49,568 nt of DNA from an uncultured Lachnospiraceae bacterium (lineage in GTDB: Bacteria > Bacillota > Clostridia > Christensenellales > UBA1242): contig CAYOEW010000002.1 in assembly GCA_964403245.1 (NCBI GenBank), positions 1 through 49,568 of the forward strand, in the 5' to 3' direction. Positions 7,413-19,400 of this stretch are shown here, piece after piece. The notes beneath the pieces were generated by a model that made no database searches, was not told the DNA's origin, and saw only the letters and a program-made list of their open reading frames with translations. Position 1 is the stretch's first letter. Each line of letters starts with the position of its first letter. The translations under genes were made by a program, and so were the position numbers.

Positions 7413-10400
7413 CAATTCACCTCTCTGCTTTCAGAAGTTGTTTCTCCTGCACCTTTAACAGTGATGTTGACAAGAATATATTTCATTTCAAAGTTTGTTT
7501 CAACAAAACTTTCGAGATAATATTCACAGTTATTTTCTTTTTCCGTGCTTGTTGCTTTTTCTGTTTTCCATTTTTCTTGTGTTGTGTCATACACATAATA
7601 TGTTTCTCCAATCACAAGGTCGCCATCATATTTAACAAGTTCTTTTGTGAAATATGTTATTCCAACTTCCTTTGTTTTGTCCGTTGTTTCAACGTAAGAA
7701 ACGGTGGTGCCATCCGAACCTGTTTTCTGTTTATAATAAACTTTTCGAACATTGGCAATAAGTGTTGTTGATTCGTCAATTGTGGTGGACGACAATGCAT
7801 AATGAAGTTCGCCATCATCCTTCAAAATTGCAAAATCAACTTTCAAATCACCTTCAAAACCTGAAATCTCTTTGATGTTGTCTTCAAGAGCAGAAAGTTC
7901 ATTTGTTAAACGATAGTAAGTCTTGCCTGCAACAACTTCTTTATCTTCTGTCTTGACATATTTGTCAACTTTTTCGTAATAAGTTTTGTCTTCTTTTAAT
8001 TCTTCGTCTGTTGTTACAGAATATGTGTCTGTTCCGTCATCCGTTGTCTTTTCATAGTAGGTCTTGCCTGAAACAAACGAAGTGTCTGCTGTTGCTTCAT
8101 ATCCCACGAATTCATAAAGGTCACTTAACAAATATTTGCCTTCTGTGACACTGCTTGCATCTGTGACAATGTTGCCAGAAGCAACTTCTGTGAGTGCTGG
8201 CAAGGTTTCGTCCACAATCAAATCCACAATCAAATCCACAATCTTGAATTTGAAATTGATGAGATAATATTGTCCACCAACAAAAACATAATATTGCAAT
8301 TTTTCATCTTTTTCAAGAGAAATTGCTGTCACTTCGCGAAGTGTGTTGCCGTTAAACTCATAATATCCAACAATTCCTTCTCCATTCACTTCTTCTTGGA
8401 CAAGCTTGTTGAGATCTGCAAGTTCAAAGTAAAGTGTGCTGGTTGTTGCATATGAAATGTTTTTTTCTTTACCTTGATGTACATAGAATGTAATGGTGTA
8501 TTTCTTATATGAAATTGTGCCGTCTGCATTATTTATTGTTGCAAAATATGTTCTGGTGATGATGCTTGTAAACGTTGCGTAATAGTAAGTCTTGCCTGCA
8601 ACAACTTCTTTATCTTCTGTCTTGACATATTTGTCAACTTTTTCGTAATAAGTTTTGTCTTCTTTTAATTCTTCGTCTGTTGTTACAGAATATGTGTCTG
8701 TTCCGTCATCCGTTGTCTTTTCATAGTAGGTCTTGCCTGAAACAAACGAAGTGTCTGCTGTTGCTTCATATTCCACAAATTCATAAAGGTCGCTTAACAA
8801 ATATTTGCCGTTTGTGAGTTCGTTTGCATCTGTGACAATGTTATCTTTTGTTGCTTCTGTGTATTGGGTGTAAACTGATGAGTTTCCGCCTTTCAAACCA
8901 TTCAAAACGCCGTTTGATTCAAGTTTGTTAAGCGTGATGTTGTCCGCCCCATTGTCTTTTGCAATAAGTTCTCGCGCCTTGTCGTCAAGAAGTTTTTCGT
9001 TTGAAACGAAGCCTGCCAACGCTTCTGTGTCTGTGTTCACAATATAATATGTCACTGTCCATTGTTCAACAGATGTGATTTCTCCATTTTCGCGGATAAT
9101 CACGAAGTATGTCACGTTTTCAGTATTTCCACCTTGCTTTGTTGTCTTGTATCCTGTTACTGATTTGTATGAGTCTTTTATGTTAAGGAATTCATATTCT
9201 CTGTCGTCGTCAGGCAAGTTTGACAAACTGAAGTTTGTGTTTGACTTAACTGTGGCTGACTTTTCGGCTTTTCCACGATATACATAATATGTGATGTTGT
9301 AGATTGTGAATGAGTCATCTCTTGACGCCAAATATTGTCTTGTTGTTTTTCCTAATGGCAAATCAGAAACTTTTCCACCTTCAATTTGAGTGATGTTTCC
9401 TTGAGAGTCAAGTTCATACCAATCATATTCCCCAATGTTACCATTAAGATTATATGATCCATTTTCGCCGGTTGTCGGAATCAAAACAGATTTATTTACA
9501 CGGGTTGAAGTGTCATACACCATCATCGTGCCTGTGACAATTTCTTGTGCAAAATTACCCTTTGAATCTCTTCCTGTGACAAGAATGCTGAATTCATATT
9601 GTCCGGCAGTTGAGAATGTCCAAGTTCCAATATTTCCGCGTGGGATGAGTGTGTCGTCAACCTTAATCATGTGATATGTGAAGTTGCTTTCGACAACATT
9701 TTTGTTGTCACCAACCAATTCTTCAAGGGAAACTGTTTCTCCAACCTTGCATGCAAAGGATGTAGAGATTTTGGTTACATTATTACCTTTATCAATTTCG
9801 TATATTGCTGATGAAACATTGTTTGTTTTAGCACTTGGCACGCTGTAATAATATCCATTTGGAATAACAAGAATATTATCCATTGTATGAGAGTTTTCGC
9901 TATCAATTTTATATTTGGTTGTCAACGTAATCGTTCCTGCATTTGGATAATATACTAGTTGATTGTTTTCGGTTTCAAAAGGAACAATAAATTCTTCATC
10001 TTTAACTTGTTCAAAATACAATCTGAATTGAGCAAGTTTAAGTTTTTTGTTTGCTTCTTGATATAATCCATCATCACCTGACACGCGTTGATATACGTTC
10101 ACAGTGATTGTGTGTGATTCAAGAACAAAATCTTCACTTGTCGTGATTGCTCCGCGTTCGTCAATAAATGCTGAACCAAGACCACCAGAGATTGTGGTGT
10201 TGATTTCAAATTCATATTTGAATGGATCATCAAAGAATCCTACTGGACTTCCAACAGACTTGCTATCAGCAGTATATAGCACTGTCTTAATTTCTTTTGC
10301 CCACTGATTAAGCGTTGTGACATAATATGTGTTTGTGCCGTTTGAAACTTTGAGATAGTCTTCAACTTTGACAACATAATTGCCTTGCTCGTCAATATTC

Positions 10401-13400
10401 GAATGTTCTGCACTCTTCGCGTTTGGATATACCCTGAACTCTTGCGCGTGCTGATAAGTTCTGTTATTCGCTTTAAACAAGAAGAAGAGCGTTTCTGTCT
10501 TATAGTTTGAATTGTTCAATTCCGCAATGTTTTCAATGTTGAGAGTGATGTTTTCTTTATAATTTTCTATACTGCCAGATGCATCACCTTCGTGTCTGAT
10601 ATATTTTTCTTCATTCAGTTTATTAAATTCATCTTCACTGTTTATCAGTATAAATTCATTATCTTTCAAATAATAAGTTTTGTTTTCAACAAAGGAAGTT
10701 GCTGAATTATAACTCACATCTGTTTTTAATTCGCTACCATTATATTCAAATTCAACATTTCCTGTTTTTTCAACAATTGAAATATAGAATTTCTCATTTC
10801 CCAAATTATTTTCCAAACCGTCGATGCTTGCTGAAATTCCAACATATTCGGTGATTGCATATGTGCGGTTGTTTGTTTTGGTGATTCTTGTCATTTCATC
10901 AATATTTTTTTCTGTGATTTCTTCGTTTGAAACAACAAATGTCACTGATGCACCTGAGTCAAGTTTGACTTCCAAAGTGTCGTTGAGAACCGAACTGATT
11001 GATTTTTCTGTACCAACATTTTCTCCCAACATAATATTTTGTCCATCTTCAATGTTTGTCGATTTAAACATTCCTTCAGACGATGCCGCGCGAACAAGGG
11101 TCACTGTGTAATACAGATATGCTTCGTTTGTTTTGCTTTCATCATCTTGAGTCATATCCTTGAGAGTTATTCTCATCTTCACATTTGATAAGGTGTTGCC
11201 TGTGCCATAGTAAATTCCATTGATTTTCGGAACCACAAAGCCGTGATCATCTCCTGCTGCATTTTGTCCGGCAACAATTTCTACTCCGCCATCTTTTTCC
11301 TTCAAGAAGTTGAAGGAGTCGCTTGTGAAGAGATCTGCGCCATCGCTGGATTTTTCAGGAAGTTCTGTTTGATATGTAGTATCAGAATATTCGTCTCCTG
11401 TTCCGCCAATCCAAGTGTTATCTTGGAGATAATAGTCAATTGCGGTGACTTTCAGGTTATACAACTGCGATGTCAAAGCCGAACCAGTGTCAAAACTTGT
11501 TTCGGTTTCTTTGTTATATGCATATGCATCAATTCCTTTTAACAAAACACTGACAAAACCATCACCAAGTCCACTAGTTTCAGGAGTGGAATAAGTCGAA
11601 TTGACATTATAACTTTGTTTTATGTCCACTTCAATCTTATTAGTTTTTTCATCTTTATAAATTGCTTTAACCGAATAAATCGGTGTAATACCATCACTAC
11701 CTTTGGTACATTTCAGCCAAAGTGTAACAGTTTTAATGTTATAGTATTTAAATTTGTCAACTGAGCCTCCGCTGATCGACTTCCAGCCGTCATTCTTGTC
11801 TTTTTCATTATACAAGCTATAAGAAGTATCATTCGCAGATGCTTCTCTCTGCCATTCAGGTGTTGTGCCAGCATATGCTTCATTGTCTCCGCCATATTCT
11901 GTTGTAACTCTGAATATTACACTATAATTTGCTTTTCCGGCCTCAGTTGTCACTTGGATGGAATCTAACTTATATTTAGTTGTTGTTCCTGATTTTCCAA
12001 TTTCATAATCAACTGGTTTGTAAACCGTATAAAGATCAGAATTGTCATCCGAAGATGGTGCTTGCTTGGTTGTTTCAACCTCTTGATATCTCACTCCGAC
12101 ACCGACATAATTGCCTTCTTCGATTGTTGTTGATGAGATAGATTCAACTTCTGGATTGAGGTCTGCGACGAGTTTGAAGTAGAATTTAATCTTGTAGCCA
12201 AATGTATTTTCCCCTTCAATCACAAAGTATCTTTCGCCCAAATTGAGTTTTGGAAGTTTAAGTGAGAGATATTTATATTGTTCGTCATCGGAATCATTTG
12301 TAGTAGGATTGCCTTTATAAGTGTTACTATTTTCGCCTACCTGTTTCCATGAGTTTGAACCACTGTCATTGTTGTATGGAGTCAATGTGTTATTAAGATC
12401 GCCGAAGTCGTTATATCCGCTTGGGGTGTTGATTGTGTAGGTGTACGTGAACTTGTTTGCGCTGTTGATTGATGTTCCACCATACATAAATGCGTTGATA
12501 ACTCCAACATCAAATCCGGTTGCTTCTGCGTTATTTGTCCAAAGGTTGAATGATGTTTCACCTTTGTTAATCACATAATAAGAATTGTTGTTGCTTGTGA
12601 TTGTGCGGTGTTCATCTTTGTCAAATTCGGTGTTGCCCGGATTGAACGAACTTGTTGCGTTATGACTGCTCTTAAACTGAACTGTTGTTGACGATCCCGG
12701 AACAACCTTGAACATGATGTTATATTCTTTTACAATTTCAACTTTTGCGACTTTGACTGTGTAAACAATCTTCATCATGACGTAGTTTCCGTCGTTACTG
12801 CACCCTTGGGCTGTGATTGCATAGTCCAAAGTTTTGCCAGTGTCAACTTCCACTCCATTTTTAGTGATTTTTTGGTCACCGGAAAGAGTGATATAGTTGT
12901 TGTTTTGATCTCCGCCAGTCACATAACCATCTCCGTTTATTTCCTGACTTGCTCTTGGGTTCAAACCGGTGGAATATATTATTTCATTTCCACTTGCATC
13001 AACAAATTTGTCTTTTTTGAGTTTGTTGTGGATTTCATATGCAAGAGTTCCTTCTTTAATTGGCGCGCCATCAAATCCATAGATAAACAATTCAAAATTG
13101 CCAGAATTTTGAGCCATAAGTTGTTTTGTATAATTTTCTCCTGTGCGGGTGTTTTTGATTCCAAAAATGTTGTTATATGACCCAAACAAACTGTTTGAAG
13201 TGCCGGCAACAATTTCTTGAATATGCATTTCATCTACACTTTCTGTTGCGTTTTCAACTCCAAATTCAACATCAATATAGAAGTTGTATTTTGCGCTTGT
13301 TTTGATTGTCGTGTCACCAACCTTAACTTGAACGCCCAAACTTACTTTCTCTTCTGTATACCAAGCGTCAACATCATAAGCATTTGCTTTTTCGGTTTTT

Positions 13401-16400
13401 TCTTCTGTTATTGTTACATTCTTATTTGTTGCTATGCTTAATATGTTGTCGACATTGAATTCAATATAATTGCCTGAGTTATCTTTGAAATAGTAAATTT
13501 TTTTACTATCATATTTTTTATCATTAGTTTCGTTATAAATATAAGCTTTTTCATAGTAAGTCTTGCCTTCAGCAAATGAAGTGTCTGTTGTTTGTTGATA
13601 ACTCTCACTTCTTTCATAATAGCTCTTGCCTTCTTCAAATGAAGTGATTTCTTTGTATTCTCCACTTTCAGTCTTTTCATAGTAAGTCTTGCCTTCTTCA
13701 AATGAAGTGTCTGTTGTTACTTTATATGTGTAAATCAGTTCATAGTAAGTTTCACCTTCTTCAAACGAAGTGTCGGTTGTTACTTCGTATTCTCCACTCT
13801 CACTTCTTTCATACAATTCACCCATTGGAGCATAAGTGATTTGTGAAGATTGATGTTTCAAAAGATCGCTTCCAGTGTCAATGTAATATTCTTTATTATC
13901 AGTACATGTGACTTCATAAGTCCTGGTTTGAGTTCTCCATAACGTGCTTATTGAGTAAAATTTAAACGTAAATTTAACTTTTGTCCCGGCCGGAGTCCCT
14001 TCCTTAAATTGATATGCAAATCTTTTTTTGACTGTTGAATCTTTTGTTGCTGTAATCAACTCAAGTGTTGTGTCATCAGTAAGTTTGATTGTTGAGCCAT
14101 CCTTATATTTCGCAACAATTCTTGCTGTGAGTTTTGGAACTGATTCATAATATTCTTCATCGTTAATTGGTGAAATTCCGTCTTTTGCGTTGTTTTCGTT
14201 TTGATAAGTTCCGTCATATAAATAACCTGTCAAACTTTCACCCAATTCAACATTGATTTCTTTTCCAAGTTCAGTTACTTTCAATTCTTTGACTTTTGCA
14301 GTGTTTTCTTTCAAGAATCTTACATAATATGTTGCGCCTTTTGTTGCTTTTCCTTTACCGCTGAACGTTGCGCTCATGATACGGTCAGATTCAAACAGTG
14401 TCTGTGTGGACATCGTTGCCAAATCTTCTGCATAGATTGTTTCTTGGTTGTTGTCATAGTTTGGAGAATGTGTTTCAACCGAAATCACACTTCCATTAAC
14501 CAAAATCACTTCATATTCTGCAGAAACTTCGTTGCAGGTGAGAGTAAACACAACTCTTCCGTTCTTGCTTGTGTCCGAAAGAATAAATCTGATGTTTAAA
14601 TTTGGCATACTTTTTGACGTTGCAAGAGTTTCTTTTGAATATACTTTCCCAGATGTATCTTGAATTGTCGCATTTTCAATTTCTGTGATTTCAATCTTAT
14701 ATTCTCTGCCAAAATCAATACCTTCAAGCCCTTCAACTTCTTTAACAACAAATCTATTATCTGTCGCAAAAGTTGCTATTGAATCAAAGAAGTTTTCAAA
14801 ATAATCGCTTCGGCATGCACCATCACTTTCAACTTGCACTTCAATATATTCCGCAGTCGAAGAATTTTCTCCGTCTGGTTTTGGATAGTTTGGTGTGACT
14901 GTAACGTTTTTGTAAACATAATAAGTAAAGTTGAATGAGAATCCATAAATACATTCACCTTCAAACCAATAAACCATATTGATTGTTTCTGTCACGCCCG
15001 TTCCGTCAACTGCAACATTTTGTGGTGTAATTGTCAACGAATACTGCGACTCAACATCTTTAAATCTTATATCACCATGGAAATTAACCTTATCGTATTC
15101 CACATAATATACTTTTGTTTCGGTTGTTCCATTTTCTTTTGTTTCTATTGAGTTAAATTTTACATATTTTGTTCCACCGATTGTTTCTGTTTCAAAACCT
15201 TCTTTTGTAGTTCCATCAGATATTTCTCCAACTTTATTTAAAATTGGTTGGTTATTTTTATCAATCGTCTTCTCAAAATATTCTGTTCCGGCAGGAATGA
15301 TGATACGTTGTTCAAAACCAAATTTGTCTGCTATCACATCCAATCCAACCGAGTCAGAACCTTCTCCGACTTTGAATTCGACATTTCCATATCTCTTGTG
15401 GCTGTCAGTGATTGTTTTGGATGTCAAAGTCACACTCTTCTTCACAGTGATTTCAAAATCAAAACTGAAAGTTTCATTGTCTGAATCTGTGATTGTGGCT
15501 GTGAATTTGAATGTCACATCTTGGGTCAAGTGAGCAAATGTAACTTTGTTGTTTTCGTTGTCAATATTCACCAATTTGTCTGCTGTCAATTCACCTGCGT
15601 TGTCCAAAGTTATGCTCTCTGTTGTCACTTTCAATGAGAGAGTGTAACTTCCGTTATTCAACAAATCTGTGATTGAACTGAAAATTCCATATTCTTCAGA
15701 GTTAACATTTTCCTTTGCTTTGATGAAGTCATATGTCTTTCCACCCACAAATCCGGAGTTGAAAGTCCATGCATAGTGTCCTTTGACAGTCAAATCAAGT
15801 CTGAACGCAACTTTGTCATAATATTCTTTTTTGTTTTCAACCTTCAAAAGTGGATAGAATCCAATTTCTGCATTGAAGTTTTCTGTCACATTGTTTTTTG
15901 GACAAATATGCAAGCGGTTTTGTTCGTCAAGATAGAAATATTCTCTCTCAAGATTATCTGACAAAACATAATATGTCTTTGTTTGAGTTGTTTCTTCTCC
16001 ATCTTCGCCTGTTGTCGTCACTTCAAGGTCAAACTTCACATATGTCTTTTTGTCGATTGTTTCTGTTTCAAATGAGAGCACATCTTTTTCAAGAGTTCCC
16101 ACTGCTGTTGAAGAAATTGTTTCACCGTCTTTTTCAAAATACTCTGTTCCAGCAGAAATCTGTTGATATTTTTTCAAGAAGTTTGAAAGGTCTGCGTCTG
16201 ATGAAACATATGCTCTGATTCCAGCAACTGGAGAGTCTGTTCCGTTGTTTGTAATTTGAAGAGTTGGAGTAAGAATAATCTCTCCGCTTCCGGCACTGAT
16301 TTCGGTTGTGTAGGTGTTTCCGTCTGCTGTAAGGGCTTTTGTATCAGCCGTTTCTCCACTTCCTGTTGTTTTGCTCAAAGTGTGTTTGTAGGTCTTTCCT

Positions 16401-19400
16401 TGTCCAAACTTGAGTGTGTAGGTTTGTTCACTTCCGACAACCTTGTCGCCTTGTGTTTGTTCTTGTCCAGCTCCTTGAAGAACAAGGCTTCTCAAAATTC
16501 TTTCAACTGTGATGTCAATTTGAGAATTTGAAGTAAGCATTGTGATTATGAGTTTGCTTCCATCAAATTCATAGGTAAAGTAAGCATCAAAGTCTGTTGT
16601 GACAACGCCGTCAATCATAACTTCTTTGATTCTGTATTCAGATGTAAACGAAATTGCATTGGCAAGCAATTCGCCAACCTTTTCCACCTTTCCAAAACGT
16701 GTTTTGCCGTCATTTGCTGTGTTTTGGAATTGTTCTGCAAAGTCAATTACATATTTTTCGCCGTCATAATATTTGCTTTCAACATCCAAATATTCCCCGT
16801 CTTCAGAGAATGGATATGAAACATCTTCAAGTGTGGCATCCGCTTTAACCTTGATGCGATAGAACCATGAGAATGTGTAGCCATTTTGTGAGAATGTCAA
16901 CTTCAATCCAATGTATGCGTCTTCACCGCCTGCTGTAAGGCTGTAAATCTTCAATTGGTCTGTTCCGACAATTTCTCCATATTCTTCGCCTTCAACGATT
17001 GAAAGTGAATATGTTGCGCCTTCCTGATTTTCAAGGCCAACCAAACTGCCTCTGAATCCGAAGCCAGAAGCATGCGTTGTGGATTTTTCTGTGTCATGAA
17101 CGACATTATATGTCTTTCCTGCCTCCAAAGTTTCAAAAACTTCGTTGTCAACAAGCCCTTGATATTCTCCAGTCAAGACATCAAGCGAAACCTTTTCAAA
17201 TGTGTTGTAGGTGTTGTCATTGTTTGAATAGTAAACATAATTTTCACCAATTCTTGTGATGTAAACTGGAATGGACACTATCACTGTAAGGGTGTTTTCA
17301 TCTTTTTCAACATCCATTTTTATTCGAATAGCATTTTCATCATCGTCAATCATGAAATTGTCAATGCTTGTTACTGAAACTCCCTTCTCACCATTTTTGC
17401 TGAAATATCTTCCGCTGAAGCTGTCAACAAGATAGTCCGAACTGTAAGTCTTTCCACTGAACAACACAACCTTTTCTTTTCCGTTGCTGGAAATTGATGT
17501 TGCATATTCTTCGGTGCCGACAATTTTGAAAATTTCGGTGATATTTTTGCCAAATCCAATTTGGAAGTCAAGTATCAAATGAACTTCCGAATCTGAATCA
17601 ATTTTTACGATTGTTCCATCATAAAGCAATTTAACCGCATCAATTATCAAATTATTATTCGATTTGCCTTCTTTGACAGAGAATTGCTGTGTCACATATT
17701 CTTCTGCACCAATTTGAAGAGTGGCTGTTGTCACCCCAAATTTGCCGTCCGAATCGAGCGTTATATAGGCTTTATCAGATATATTTTCAAATGTTGGAGA
17801 TGGAATTTCTTTCAAATCCAGATTATCAAATTTACATTCATTTTTAAAGAAACTCACAAGCGAAAACGCATCATAGAATGTTTCAAGCTCGGAATCCGTG
17901 TTTGCCAAAGTGAGTTTTGGGTTTTCCTTTTGTCTGATGATGATGTCTGGATGAACAAGGAATGTCAAAGTTTGACTTGCAGCGAAATTTGTCTGAACTC
18001 CATAATAAATTGTCACCTTGATTGTTGTGAGTTGGAACACAGATTCAGAGTCAACATATAAACACAATTTATTTTCTGATTTTTCCAATATAACACGTTC
18101 GTCATTATTGTCAACTTTAATAAGTTTAGCTTTTATTTCTTCAACACCAGAACCTTTTACTGCCGCGAACCATGAATATGAATTGTTGACGATGATTGAG
18201 TTTCCGCTTTCATCTGTTTTTAAATTGCCATTTTCATCTTTGTCTGTCGTTTTTGTTCCCTTTGCGGAAAGTTTCAAATAGTTGTCAAGGTCATATTTTT
18301 CACCGGCAACAATTGAAAGTTTTGTGCCGTCTTTTGTAAGATAATCAGAGTGGTCGGTGTAATAACTTTCAAACGTTGAATTGATTCCAACATCCGCCAA
18401 GAATTCCAATTCAAGAGAAATTCTGTAAAGACTCTTGTCTTTGTCCATCACAAGAAAACCAATGGTGGTGTCTTTTCCGAATGGATTGATGATTTTGATT
18501 TTTTCGATTTCTTCCGTCAAGTAATCATCAATTGATTTTGAATTCGTTTGTGTTTCTTCTTGTCTGTCAGTCCCATCATCGTTGAATCCAATCATCAACA
18601 TGATATCTTTCTTGGTCTGTAAGTCCCAACTTGAAAAACTGCTCTCATCCAAGAAGAATATTGATTCTGACGCTTCTTCTGTGTTTGATCCTGTGTAAAC
18701 TTTCACAAGATTTGACAAAGTCAAAACATCCTTGGTTGTTACATATTTTGACACCTTCACATTTGTTATACTTTCGCTTTCTTCGTATGAAGGCGTTCCA
18801 GCAATGTCTGTAATATCATATTTAACCTTTGAAATTCCTTCACTCTCAACACTGAATGTAATCTTCTTTTTGGAAGCTTCATCCAAGACAAAGTTGCCGG
18901 CATTGTCAACAACCTCAATCATCAAACAAGTTTCCTTTGATGATGTTGTTGAAGAGAATCCAATGATTGCGTTTCCGTCTGTGTTCAAGTTTATGATCTT
19001 GTTATTTCCAGTCCCCGGGTCTTCCACCAATTTTATGCTGTAAATTCCATCTTTTGTTTCGATTTTCTTTCCATATTGGTCGGTTATTTCCGTTTCAAGA
19101 TATTTGTTGAGTTTTTCAAGTATTCCTTCAAGGTCTTCTCCTGCAATATCTTCACTTCCCCACTTGATTGAAGTTTCGTTTGACTTGATATTTACGATGA
19201 CATTTGCAATTTTTCCATCTTCTTTGAAATTGTTGTTATTTTCAAATGCTGATGAAATTGAAACTGGCTGTTGATAGTAAATGAAGAAATGATCATTGTT
19301 GCTCTTGTCTTTTATGATTTGAGTATAATCACTTTTGCCGTCATTAAATCTTAATTGCAAACGAACATACTTCCCTTCGTCAGTTCCATTTGTGGCCGCT

